DNA of 64,000 nt from Ophelia neglecta (GCA_965285935.1 OZ260664.1:52142001-52206000); one strand, 5' to 3'; shown: positions 39,501 to 50,177, counted from the first letter of the stretch. Made by a program: numbers and translations. Notes: generated by a model not told the origin, from the letters alone.

Positions 39501-42500
39501 ATTTTTATGTGCTCTCTTGCATTACAACAGTACATGATATTGGTATATTATATATGTTATCAGTGGCAATACATGCACAGATTATTCCTTGTAAGCTTGC
39601 TTTTCCACAAATTTTAACATTGAAATTTAAAATAAAACCTTGAATTATTGATCATTACATTTACATTTGTTGCCAGTACATTACATTGTACTGCAATCTA
39701 CAATGAATCAAGCTGGGGATATTTTTTTTCCCCATATTTTTGTTGCATTTGGAAGCTATTGACTTACCGATAATTGAACTGCTGTGACATTTGCAGAATG
39801 TGTGGTTCGAATCAAATGCATGAACAAATATTTACTGCTTTAGCCACTACTAATCAGGTGATTCATGATAAAACATTAAACATATTTTCATCCCTTTTCT
39901 TCATCTGCATGCTTCAAAACAGACTCGGAAAATGGTGAGTAGATTAGGTGTGATTACTAGTCAGCTAATTAGGGGAATATCACCAGGGGATCAAGAGAGT
40001 GTGTGTGTGTGTGTGTGGGGGGGGGGGGGGGGTTGGGAGTTGGGGACCCTCCTTTTCTATCCCATGGGCCTATCAAAGATTTGGGATGGGTGTGGCCTCC
40101 CAATGCATGGCCTCCAAAACCCTTTCTGGGTGGTGTCACCTATCCCACACCCAAATGTTATGTACAAATGTCACCTCAATCATTGAAATTTTGTGTACTA
40201 TTTACATCGGTTTCATATGTTAATAAAATGAGGAGCTTATTAACAATTTAGATTTAAACAGGTAGTAGTTGTATTGTGTGTGCCTGTACCCGAAGGTTAT
40301 GTGTGTATAAAAACCTTAATTATAATCATTTACAACCGAGGTATGTGCTTCACCTGACAAATGACGTAGCTTGCTCAGTTAACCACTAAAACCTTTGTAT
40401 TGTCTAATCTAGAAAACCTCAATAACTCAATCACATGTAGGACATTAAATAACCAGCTATTATTTTCCATATTTTGCAGACACTAGCCTGGTGATTACAT
40501 CTACACACCAGTCAGATGAGGGGGTCTACCAGTGCGTCGCCAGGAATCGCCTGGGTGTCGTCATGGCAGCGGCTCACCTAGATGTGCGGTCACTGGGAGA
40601 GACCATATCTGACGAGGAGCTGGAGACGGCCCTCAACGAGATGCAGGACATAGCTCCCGATGCTGCTGGTAGGTGACCCCAGTGTAGTCCTGTCATGGTT
40701 CATTGATCTCCTGTCAGTATTCTTACTTGTTATGATTCCTGTACTGCATGTCTCTCTTGTCTCAGGCCATGTTATGAGGCTTAGGTATTAGTATTAACCC
40801 TGTGTTACACACTTATATAAATACTCACATTATCAGGTAGATATACAAAGGTTCATGTAGCTATTAACCCTCCCAATCTGACTTGTTGTCTATGTCTTGT
40901 GTCTGTTTTAACCCTGTCCTGCCCACTGTTTGTCACTGTGATGTTTAAACCCTTAGTCCCGGCTCCGGTCCTGACCAGACGGCCTTCTAATGCCACGGTG
41001 ATGGTTGGCATGACAACTCGCCTTGAGTGTGGTACCTCCGAGCTTCTCAGGTCTATAACATCTATTTACTGGCTACACGATGGGCAGCCTCTGGCTGACA
41101 TGGCCGACTCTAACACCACCATGACCAACCACAAGCCCCACCTAGTGCTGGCTCCTGACGGCAGCCTGGAGATCCACAACGCCCAGCCATCCGACGGGGG
41201 GCGATATCGCTGCGTAGCCGGTACATTTGGGGGCACGGATGTGGCTGACGCCTTCCTCTCTGTTGTTTCCAGGATAGAGGATGCCACCATCACTTCTCTC
41301 CCTGCGCTAACTGTGGTCTCAGGTCGGTGGAGGGATCGTTACCTCACTGTACTGTGTTTGTAATGTCATATCTAACTAGGTGCAAACTAATCCTCTGTAC
41401 ATAGTATTACTAGCTGTTGTGCACCATTGTTTGTGTCCTTTCCTTCTGTTTGTTAACATTTCTCCTTCTTAATACTGAGTTTTAATTGTACTTATAATAT
41501 ATAACATAACCAAAGCAAAAGTTTGCATGCCAGTAAAATGCATCTATTGGTCTCTAACATTCGGTTTGCACCCTTTCAATTGAAGACTCCTGTTGTCTTA
41601 TTTTTGGTGTCTTCTCTCTTCAGTGACATTTTTTTAAATCTTAAGGAAAATGTTTACATTTCTAGGTGAGGACTCATCAGAGCCTACCACAGAGGCAGGC
41701 AACCCTGGCAATAGCTCTTCAGCTTCCACAGCAACTGATGGGTTAGACTATGTTGGTGGTCTTGAGGGGGTCCAGGTAGACCCCGGGCCCCGGCGAGACA
41801 GGGACAGGGGTAGAGGCAGGGGTAATCGAGGGAGGGATAGAGGCCGGGGCAGAAAGAAAAAGAACAGGGACCGAAGCCGAGGGGAGATCCCACGGGGAGA
41901 TGAAAGGGTAGACAGAGGAGAGAGTGAGGGGATGTTAGAGTGGGACAGAGGGGGTAGCGTTGAGGAGGAGGGAGAGAGAGGAAAGAAGAAAAACAGGAAC
42001 AATGGTGAAGGTTAGTACTCTCATCTCATAACAAAACATCCCAGGTACTGTTTTGTACCATTTTACACTCCTATGGCAAATTATAAAAAACTTGAGTTCT
42101 TATATGAATTTATTTTACATTATTAGGACTACTTAAAATAAAGCCTTGTTCAACCCATGAATTATGGGAAGGGTTAATAAACCAGGTTTTTCCATTTTAG
42201 TGGTAACAATTCCCCCCTCCAAGCCACACATCTCTAAGTTATCAGACACCTCGGTCAAGGTGGAATGGTCTCACCCCAAACAAGGACTCTCGGTTACATT
42301 CTTCAAGGTAATGACTGTCTCATCTCCATTTGTAGTTGTATATATATTATGTAGATGATTTTGATATCTTGATGTTTTTAAGACAATCTGTGCAATAAAT
42401 GTTCTCCTAGATCAAGAAAAATGAAGGTACCACATTAGGGCTATTACATTTAATATCTAGTTTCAGCGGTCACCTGGGGGTGGACAAGAACTGATGTGCC

Positions 42501-45500
42501 CCAAACCACACCCCTTAACTGAATGTAGAATTGTCTTCTGGATAACCCTATACTACTGTAGACTTATGTTAGTTCTGAAATGTCCACCACTTGATGGCAC
42601 CACTGTGGTTTGTTCCCTAGGTACAGTACAAGGAGATAACTGATGACAGGAGTAAGAATCGGTGGAGGACCCTTGACGACGACATTCCAGACAACAGACT
42701 TATGCACGAGGTCACAGGGCTCAAGCCAGGTAATTTACTCTAATATCTACAGAGCAATGTCATTGCTGCTTTTATTTGAGGCAAAGTTAATCTCACACAA
42801 GACTGATACTGGTAAAATAACCCAAATAGACAGCCTTGACCTTGCAAGCACTTTTGAAAGAATGGCAACCCCTAATTAACATTTACTAAAGATGACTTTT
42901 ATAGAATCTTCTGCAATGCATAGAGAGAATTATTAAGTTGAATAATTAACATGATGGTTGTCTTGTTGTTTTCAGGGAGCACCTATCGTTTTCGTGTGCT
43001 GGCAGTGTATTCTAACGATGACAACAAGCAGGGACCGAACTCGGCCAAGTTTACCCTAGAAGTCGCTCCTGTCCCCCAGCCAAAGAAGCCTATCATAGGG
43101 CCCCGCCTGGTGGAGGCTAAACCCCTGTCTGTCAGTAGTATCTACACAGGCTGGCAGGTCAGTTATACTACTTCTTCTCAGGTGGTAATGTACTGGGACT
43201 AAGATGTTAGATATTACAAGGAAATGTTGTACAGGTTTTTGGTGCACATGAACCTAAGAATTTAGCTTGAAGGTACATGTGAGAATAAATTGAAAGTAGT
43301 AGAAAAGAAGTAGTTAACTTTCATGGTATTTTATCTTATACCTTGTAAATGCATTGAGTCTTGATGAGTTTAGAAGGACAGGAATATATCGGACAACACA
43401 TTGATAGTGCTTTTCTCCAACAGTACCTGACAGATGAGGCGACCAGCATTGAGGGATTCTTTCTCTACTACAAGCAGTATGGGACCAAGGGACCCTTCTC
43501 CAAGCAGACTGTGCTGGGAAGAGACGCCCGCAACCATCTGCTGACCGGCCTTCTCCCACAAACACAGTACATCTTAAAAATAGTCAGCTTTAATGCTGCC
43601 GGGGAGAGCAAGGACAGCAATCAGGTGGTCAAAGAAACTCTTGGTAAGGTCAAAACAAATAATAGTATTAATAACTTCTAACAATTTTTATAGTCCTTCA
43701 ATTTTTGCCAAAATCTGATTTAACAATTACTGCTTTTAATAGCATTTCCCCTTCAACATCTGGTGTCACAGGGAATCCAACAGCATTTTGTTTATTTTTA
43801 ATCATTCCTTAATTTTATCAGTTAAAATAAGTTAGCCATTTGACAATGATATGCTATTAGCTGACTGTTCATAGTGTGAAAAGCAAATCAGTTGAATCAA
43901 GTTAATTAGCTCTAATGTGACATTAATGACTTGTTAAGAAAGCTGTCATGGTTGACACCTAGTTAACACTGTAAACACTCACATGAGTGACAGATGGCAA
44001 CAAGGACGAACTAAACCTGACTGTCTTACAGGCACCCATCCTGACCTAACACATATAAACCACTGTGTCCTGACCACTGTGGTCAGATCACGCTCACTAT
44101 GTATGCAGCACATAGTTTATTCTCTTTGCGTTCAGGTTGGCTTACACATACATTATTGTTGATTACAACACATGTATTCAGAGGAATTTATTAAACAAAT
44201 GGTTGAAATAGATGTTTTAATGTCTTAAATGTGAGAATGTCAGAATGGGATTAGCTTTTATTCTGAATTTTTCTTCATCTTTCAGGGTATTCTGACTCGC
44301 CTGAGATTTTTGACCCCTCTCACCCTGACCATATTAACGGTCTGCCAGCCAATGGCCCGCTGACTACCACTCCCCCTAGTGAGGTATTCCCCAACAACAA
44401 GCTGTCGACCCAGTCGAGCAGTGAGATGTTGTACATGGTTCTGGGCATTGTCCTCGGGATCATGATGCTGCTCCTCATTGTCTCCATGGTGATGTGTGCC
44501 TGGAAACAACGCCAACAGCGCCGCATGATGGGTAAGGACCTTTAAAATACTACTCTCCAGTATGGGAGGTGGGAAATATCAATTTAGGAACATGATTTTA
44601 AATAAAACAACCTCCATCATCACATTTTCGTAGATTGTTTACCTTAGTTTACGAGATTCATTTTAAAGTTTGTAGATTCTTTTGTTCTTTTCTTTCTCTG
44701 ATTGTATGATGCACTCTTACAGCTGCAATACAAGGGCGGAACAAATTCAATGATCCATCTCGGGTTATCTACTCCGAAGGAAGTATGCGTAAAAAACAGC
44801 AGAGCAATGGAGGCTTCATGTTAAATGGTCTCAACGGGGTTAATGGCAAGGTAGGGAAATCTTATACTACTTGGCAATGAATGCTGTTCAATCTCCAACA
44901 CTTTATTAATTATTTTAAATTGTGAAAATTTAAAAGAAAATTAAAAGGATGTCAGTAGTTAAGCAACTATCAAATTGTGACAACTTGTAGGATTTATGAT
45001 TAAAGGATGAGATTTTTCTCTTATTTCTAAAGGATATTAATTTAGTTGTTTTATTACAGGTGGTATCCAATGGACATCTCCCTCATGGCTCCCATGGTCC
45101 AGGTTACCAAGCCAATGGTGGCAGTCATGTCAATGTAACAGCCAATCCAATGGCTGATCTGGAGTCACATGATGACAAGGTAGGCCATTGTAATTATATA
45201 ATGATTTAAAGGTTTTAAGGTTTGTGCAAATTAATAATGTGGTCATATACTGTAAAGTCAGAAATGTTTGCTAGGAATTTATTCAGCTATTTTATTGTCA
45301 AGCAAAATTTAATTAAAGGAAAATATATAAAAATGAGCTCCAGATTCTGTACTGGGCAAAGTTAAATTCTCGCAAAAACACATTTCTGTCTATTTTCACA
45401 AGATTAAATTCTCACAAACATTTCTGACTCAACAGTACTATATAATATAATTGGGTTTTCAAGCTTGATTTCATTCTTCCATGCCAGTCATTACAAGATC

Positions 45501-46968
45501 TACGTGCCAGCCTCCAGGAGATGTTACAGGCCTCTGCACCTCCCCTGCCACTGAGGGACCTCCGAGAAAAGGACTCTCACAGTCTTCGGGGCAGTAACTA
45601 TGACAGTGACAGAAGTAACGGTCAGTACCTGGTTCTTGTATATCTCATATATGTTTCTTTTTTGTAATACTGTTTGTTTAATTGGAATTTATAAGAAATG
45701 TTTAAAGGACTGTGATTATTGTTACGTAGTGTTGGTGTTCAATTCCAGTTTTTGGGGTTGTATTTTTAGAACCAAGTCGTCGACCAGAGTACAGTTCAAC
45801 ATCCAGTTTTAAGCCTCGATTTGGAGGTCGTGGTGACCACGTGAGGCCATACCAGCCTCCACCAGAGTATAACAGTTCAGGAAGTCGTTCTCATCGCTCC
45901 TACCAGGACTACCGCTCCTCGCCGCACCTCAGTTCTCGGGGATCCCATGACCAGCTGCCTCGCTCCTCCCCAGACCACATACCTCGCTCCCATGAGCTGC
46001 CCTATAGGTCACATGACCCATATCACTCCCATCATAGGTCACATGACCTTCATCATAACGGGTCTCTTGACCCGTACCCAGGATCATATGACTCGCGCCA
46101 AGGGTCACATGATCCAAGACACAACGGGTCACACGATCCTCACCTCAATGGGTCACATGACCCACGACAGAGCGAGTCACAGGACCGACTGTCGGAGCAT
46201 TCTCAGAGCTCCTCATCTCAGGTGTCTAACAAGCACAAGCGACGGCGGCGACGTCAGCCCAGCAGAGACTTCGTCATGAGGGATCAGGCCACTATCACCG
46301 ATCTAAGTAGTAATGGTCAGTACCTGGCAAATCTAATGTCACTAACCTGATTATCAATATAATGTTGTTCAGATTATATCTTTACTGCAGGGCTGCACTT
46401 TTTGACATGTTTTGTGGAGAGGAGCATGAGGATTATAGGGAAGGGGGGGGGGGGGGGAAGAATAATAGAGGAAGGACAGTTGCCAGAAATAATTCTGGTA
46501 AAGAATTATAGGGGTATGGGACACAGTGAAATATTTTGCGGTACCTCCCTTGACAATATTAAATTGAATAGCCCTTATTAGGTGAAGAAATGTAAATGTA
46601 ATATTGTACTTTTATAATAATAATTCATATAATGTGTCATTTAAATCAATTTATTTTGTTTTCCAGAGGATACATTAGAGACTAGTGGCCAGCGTGGGAG
46701 TCGGCATGCCAGCAAGTCCCCTCCGCCTGCTCAGTACGGGCCTATAGACCCCACCCACAGCCACCACTCATCTTACAGTCACAAAGCACATCGCTCAAAC
46801 TCTGCCACACCAACAAACTGTGTAGTCAATGGTGATAGCTACAAAGAGGAGAGGCCTGCTTACCCCGCCAAAAAAAGGACTGGTCAACGTGGGGGGAGTC
46901 CGCCATCTTATAATGAGCTGGCTCGCGTCCACGACTACTCACCGTCAGACCACGATGATCTGGACTGA
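6422..46968 (+). CDS. ihog: Ihog/Boi/CDON/BOC-family Hedgehog co-receptor, 20 coding exons, ~1379 aa (SP-5xIg-linker-2xFN3-TM-cytoplasmic tail)
   Basis: Exons joined by hand, all GT-AG, phases consistent, total 4140 nt: 6422-6524, 19503-19805, 21843-21992, 27064-27204, 37756-37941, 38426-38533, 39161-39316, 40480-40668, 40957-41322, 41666-42010, 42201-42307, 42621-42729, 42976-43157, 43424-43643, 44286-44531, 44723-44850, 45060-45179, 45488-45620, 45770-46315, 46667-46968. FN3-1 has IPPSKPHISKLSDTSVKVEW and YRFRVLAVYSNDDNKQGPNS, which I recognise as Ihog/CDON-type. Orthology within the family is not resolved without a tree. Confidence 0.88.
8812..11267. repeat. 51-bp minisatellite, ~48 copies, in the intron after ihog coding exon 1
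   Basis: Unit ctacatgctgaccctgtctggtcagctatttctctggtataagtctggtca with recurring variants (gctatttc/ggtgtatc/gctgtgtc); gives 17-aa periodic ORFs on both strands. Confidence 0.97.
14395..15815. repeat. 41-bp minisatellite, ~34-35 copies
   Basis: Unit gttacaccctcctgactagttaggataggaagatgtcctat, with variant units recurring in blocks. Confidence 0.97.
19225..19435. repeat. Degenerate ~80-bp G-rich repeat (~3 units) just upstream of ihog exon 2
   Basis: agggtcca...long G runs...acaa repeated three times; G-quadruplex potential. Confidence 0.6.
19503..19805 (+). CDS. ihog: ihog-like exon 2: Ig domain 1
   Basis: PHFTLHPQS...LSCHAEP...IRWKYNG...AGVYQCVANNSLG; polypyrimidine-AG acceptor, GT donor, phase 1-1. 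Confidence 0.93.
21843..21992 (+). CDS. ihog: ihog-like exon 3: N-half of Ig domain 2
   Basis: AGNVAFIPCSPPDSLPAAITRFELNG; 150 nt, phase 1-1. Confidence 0.9.
22464..23057. repeat. 63-bp minisatellite, ~9.5 copies
   Basis: Unit gattcccatgtcgagtcccagtgctcatagcagacaggtagctccagctactctctgtcaact; the last unit contains a long poly-C expansion. Confidence 0.95.
27064..27204 (+). CDS. ihog: ihog-like exon 4: C-half of Ig domain 2
   Basis: VILPSGMQIANVRTVNGGEYRCIAINPVTGQ (frame not shown in the ORF track); 141 nt, phase 1-1. Confidence 0.9.
29950..30245. repeat. Degenerate ~37-bp tandem repeat, ~8 copies
   Basis: Recurring gtactagctgtgtcccctcatcttgctggatgacact with many substitutions. Confidence 0.85.
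30726..30825. repeat. 16-bp tandem repeat, 6 copies
   Basis: gtgtaagggatgtcYg x6. Confidence 0.95.
35012..35518. repeat. 73-bp GC-rich minisatellite, 7 copies, one CACGTG per unit
   Basis: Unit gtccagggggaggaacacgtgctgggctgtgtcttctctccctggcccccacctctctacatacaagtgacct; CACGTG at 35027, 35100, 35173, 35246, 35319, 35392, 35465. Confidence 0.97.
37756..37941 (+). CDS. ihog: ihog-like exon 5: N-half of Ig domain 3
   Basis: GETMTLECVVEGSPVPVVTWEKFGG; 186 nt, phase 1-1. Confidence 0.92.
38426..38533 (+). CDS. ihog: ihog-like exon 6: C-half of Ig domain 3
   Basis: GNLVIREVEFYDAGTYICRAQNG; 108 nt, phase 1-1. Confidence 0.92.
39161..39316 (+). CDS. ihog: ihog-like exon 7: N-half of Ig domain 4
   Basis: PPSLTVAPSHQIVHEGEESAFHCHARGRPRVHLHWVYNG; 156 nt, phase 1-1. 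Confidence 0.92.
40480..40668 (+). CDS. ihog: ihog-like exon 8: C-half of Ig domain 4 plus acidic spacer
   Basis: SLVITSTHQSDEGVYQCVARNRLG; 189 nt, phase 1-1. Confidence 0.92.
40957..41322 (+). CDS. ihog: ihog-like exon 9: complete Ig domain 5 on a single exon
   Basis: PVLTRRPSNATV...RLECG...IYWLHDG...DGSLEIHNAQPSDGGRYRCVA; 366 nt, phase 1-1; weaker splice sites (ccttag / gtcggt). Confidence 0.85.
41666..42010 (+). CDS. ihog: ihog-like exon 10: low-complexity Arg/Gly/Lys-rich extracellular linker
   Basis: Open frame, 345 nt, phase 1-1, good splice sites; RRDRDRGRGRGNRGRDRGRGRKKKNR. Confidence 0.85.
42201..42307 (+). CDS. ihog: ihog-like exon 11: start of FN3 domain 1
   Basis: IPPSKPHISKLSDTSVKVEWSHPKQGLSVTFFK; phase 1-0. 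Confidence 0.92.
42621..42729 (+). CDS. ihog: ihog-like exon 12: middle of FN3 domain 1
   Basis: VQYKEITDDRSKNRWRTLDDDIPDNRLMHEVTGLKP; phase 0-1. Confidence 0.92.
42976..43157 (+). CDS. ihog: ihog-like exon 13: end of FN3-1, start of FN3-2
   Basis: STYRFRVLAVYSNDDNKQGPNS...GPRLVEAKPLSVSSIYTGWQ; phase 1-0. Confidence 0.93.
43424..43643 (+). CDS. ihog: ihog-like exon 14: FN3 domain 2
   Basis: IEGFFLYYK...HLLTGLLPQTQYILKIVSFNAAGESKDSN; phase 0-1. Confidence 0.93.
44286..44531 (+). CDS. ihog: ihog-like exon 15: stalk and transmembrane helix
   Basis: SSEMLYMVLGIVLGIMMLLLIVSMVMCAW followed by basic KQRQQRR stop-transfer; phase 1-1. Confidence 0.92.
44723..44850 (+). CDS. ihog: ihog-like exon 16 (cytoplasmic)
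   Basis: Open frame AIQGRNKFNDPSRVIYSEG...NGK; ttacag acceptor, AAG|GTAGGG donor; phase 1-0. Confidence 0.8.
45060..45179 (+). CDS. ihog: ihog-like exon 17 (cytoplasmic)
   Basis: VVSNGHLPHG...VNVTANPMADLESHDDK; 120 nt, phase 0-0. Confidence 0.8.
45250..45435. mobile_element. MITE (TA-flanked, Tc1/mariner-pogo-like ends) in ihog intron 17
   Basis: Left TA|CTGTAAAGTCAGAAATGTTTG; reverse complement of the right end TA|CTGTTGAGTCAGAAATGTTTG; AT-rich non-coding interior. Confidence 0.8.
45488..45620 (+). CDS. ihog: ihog-like exon 18 (cytoplasmic)
   Basis: SLQDLRASLQEMLQASAPPLPLRD...; phase 0-1, bridges exons 17 and 19. Confidence 0.75.
45770..46315 (+). CDS. ihog: ihog-like exon 19 (cytoplasmic, His/Ser/Asp repeats)
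   Basis: 546-nt GC-rich open frame, in frame with the ORF at 45841-46350; phase 1-1. Confidence 0.85.
46667..46968 (+). CDS. ihog: ihog-like terminal exon 20
   Basis: Strong acceptor (ttttgttttccag); ...GSPPSYNELARVHDYSPSDHDDLD then TGA. Confidence 0.82.
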
Positions 46969-48964
46969 GTTTGTGGTACGCTAGCAGCATAGGCTTCGTA
47001 CTCTCATGGGCATTGTTGGTCGGCAGGTGTCTTGCCAAAACTGCAGGTCTGTGACAGGGTGAAATCAGGCCAAACAGAGGAGATTGTGTGTGTTCGTATG
47101 TGTAAAATGGATAACAAGCTCAGGGGAACTGATGATAAAGCTAGGCCCTGGAGGCCTACAGCACTCTATGCTTTGTGCAGGATTTCTCCGAAATCTGTCC
47201 CTTCTGGAATCGCCTGATGGTGACTTGGTGCGAAAAACTTGCCTCTGGCAACTCGCAATAGCCAAACATCTGTGTATACATCTATATAATGAAATAACTT
47301 CTAGGAGAGTGCGGTGCTGTGAAAAATATTGACCGAGGTTTTGGGTCTTCATTGATCAAGGATTTCGGTCTCCACTGCTGTTTCCTTCATCTTCATAGAT
47401 CTGACTGCATGTTTGTGTGTTTATGAAAGTAGTAAGTAACACAAAGAAATGGCATTGCTTGTGTTATAATGTGATATATGTTTTGTCTTCCTGTATTCAA
47501 ATTCTCTAATATATATGGTCATTGCTAAATGTGTGTGTACATGTACACATTTTGTACATTATGACTGTATTTTTATGTTTAAATGCCACACTCCTCATTG
47601 TTTTGGGTTGACATTGTCACAAGGTCCTTTTCAGCCAGATGGCTAACAAAAATGCAAAGCTTGCCAGCTTTATACTATATTAGTTGTTTATTTGATTTTA
47701 AGTGTCAGATTGTAGCCACATATAATTTCATGCTTCCATGAACTGCACTGGAATTCACTCAGGTATCGAAATACTGACTCAAATCAAGGACACTGCTTGT
47801 ATGGAGCAATAACCAGGCCTATAAATGTGGGAGATAGGAAAAATACCCCAATTGGTGTCCATACCCCATTGGAAGTTTTAATACCCCACTGTAAGTGTCT
47901 GTACCCCCATTGGATGTGTCTATATCCCCATTGGAAGTGTACAGTGGTATCAATACTACTTCCTCATAGAGTACTTTATACAAATTACAATATTTTGGAA
48001 CATTGAACTAAAAGGCTTGGCAGAAGTGGGAGGCACCATAATGTTGTCATTTTGAAGGAGTAACCACATGAAAAACTGAGGCCTTACTGAATGTGTGTGC
48101 TTCCAGGGGAGGGAATGTACTGATCTATCTTCAATTGAGTTTTTGTTTTATGAAAATGGCAGACATTTTGTTTATCAAATTGAACCACTGTACATCATGG
48201 TAAGGATATGAAATGTCATACAGTGACATTTACCTCCATAGGATTTACTGACTGATTGATTTTACTGAGCAAATAACAGTTTCTGTTCTGTATCTGCATT
48301 TTACCAACCTCATAAGAGCACCAAAACTTTTTAGAGGCAGTATGTCATATTTTATGATTGCTGTTGGGGTCAGCTTATATATACTCCTGTAACACTGAAT
48401 TACCTGGTAGTTATGTTTGGGAAAAACTTCTAAATTTACTGTTCAAAGCCTGAAAATAATTTATTAAGTATTTTTTCTTCTGATTGAGAAATTGTCACTA
48501 TAAAAAGTACCAGCAACTATGGTTACACATTGTCATGGAGTCCTGTTTATGCATCAAATATTTACAAATTCAGAGTTTAAACCTAAAACAGGTTTTGTGC
48601 CTATTATTCATCATACTCTTGTTGTCAGAACGAGGCTATTGCAGTTCTTGCCAAAGCTGAAAGACGAAATAGTCTTACATTTTAATTGTGTTCTTATACA
48701 TGTATGAGTTATTGAGAAAGTATTTCATGTGTTATACATCTAATTTCCTTAATCATGAGGAAAAAGAAAATTAATTAAACTAAGCCATATGTCAATGTGG
48801 CTTTACGGTGTAAATTATTAAGTACTATTCTGTAAATATTTATTTATATCGTTGATTAGAGATGTACAAACAGTGTACAGTTCATTTACAATTACTTGTA
48901 ATTTTGTAATATATGCCATCATGACAGCTGATAGATTATGTACAAGTATTGTGTCCAAATATTG

Positions 48965-48970
48965 AATAAA
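48965..48970 (+). terminator. Likely polyadenylation signal of the ihog-like gene (~2 kb 3' UTR)
   Basis: AATAAA followed by a T-rich tract; upstream AU-rich segment with several TGTA words, including Pumilio-type TGTAAATA at 48831-48838. Confidence 0.55.
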
Positions 48971-50003
48971 ATGAAATATAACTGTACTTTTATTTTTACC
49001 TTCTCTTGATTTGAATGCAATTAATAATCAAAGGTAGATGTACTATATATATTTACAGTTGATTTAGTTGTGGTTGAACATTGGTTTATGAATTAGACTA
49101 ATGGTTGATGGGAAAAAAAATCTATATTTGGATATAAAGAGGGGATGAGTTTTAATAGGGGCAGACCACTTGATATCCAGGGAGGTGGGAGAATGGTTCA
49201 GGGTTTAAAAATAGAGTGTGTTTAAAAAAATGTTTTCAGCTAAAGAGGTGGTCATTTGCTGTTTGAGGGGGGGGGGGGGGCACAAATCCTTACCCCGTGT
49301 TGGTGGACATTTTATGTCAGAGAAGGCTTAAATTCTGTGACCCCCTTTCAGATACCCTACTGATTCTATGACCCCCCCCCTCCTCTCTACTCAGTTAACT
49401 TTTAATTGTCCTGTAAACCTCCTCTTTATAATTATGTGCACCTTGAAGATATGTACCCGTGAATTTTCAAATTATTTTTTGATGAAAACTTTATAAAGTT
49501 TAATTATATATGCTACATTGAAGGAAAAAGGCTCAACATTATTTTCCGAAGCGTGAAAAGAAAATTTGTACTTTCTATCATCAATTTTGTATATAGTATG
49601 TTAGTTTGGATTGGTGACTAGTTTTCTATGACCTCTCCAGCAGAAACGTTATTATGGTTGCAAATAGGATAATTTATGACATTTTCTACCTGACAAATTG
49701 TTCAGAAAGAATTTTTGTTAACTTTTATACTACTTTCACTAAGCGTTTATTTAGTAGTATATTTCATTCAAATATGATTATTTTAGAAACTAGTGAGATA
49801 ATCATAAATACAATTAGAAAATTGCTGGTTTAGACGCTTGTAGAACCTGTTCTGGCTGCCTCATGTAAATCATTCTTCAGGTCTCCTGCTGACAGGGTCC
49901 TGGAGCCCGCCTTCAGGCTGTCTGAGGGCGTACAACTCTATTATTAGGGATAGTATGGTGGGTGCTGTGCTCTTATTGTCGGTACTACGGTGTGTTACCT
50001 CAC

Positions 50004-50045
50004 CCAATACGCCTGCGCAGGGTATTGGACAACACACAACACGTG
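50004..50045 (+). promoter_or_regulatory. Putative cry proximal promoter: two opposed CCAAT boxes, GCGC element, canonical E-box
   Basis: CCAAT 50004-50008, TGCGCA 50014-50019, ATTGG 50024-50028, CACGTG 50040-50045, within a CpG-containing patch 130-175 nt upstream of the ATG. Confidence 0.55.
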
Positions 50046-50177
50046 CGGCAACACACTCTCTCAGCCGTATCAAAACAGTACTATTAATGAACGCTACTTG
50101 CGCTGCACACATACATGCGGAGTAATAATTGATATATCTAGAATCCCGGGGTCTAGAATACATTGATCTCCAACAAG

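Noticed and set aside
41684-42002. Minus-strand ORFs overlapping ihog exons (also 41066-41293, 44282-44526, 19477-19755)
   Set aside because: Antisense shadows of GC-rich coding exons.
19503-44531. Robo, DCC/neogenin, DSCAM or protogenin identity for the Ig/FN3 gene
   Set aside because: Only two FN3 domains before the TM, Ihog/CDON-type FN3 motifs (AVYSNDDNK, IEGFFLYY), and no recognisable Robo CC or DCC P motifs in the tail.
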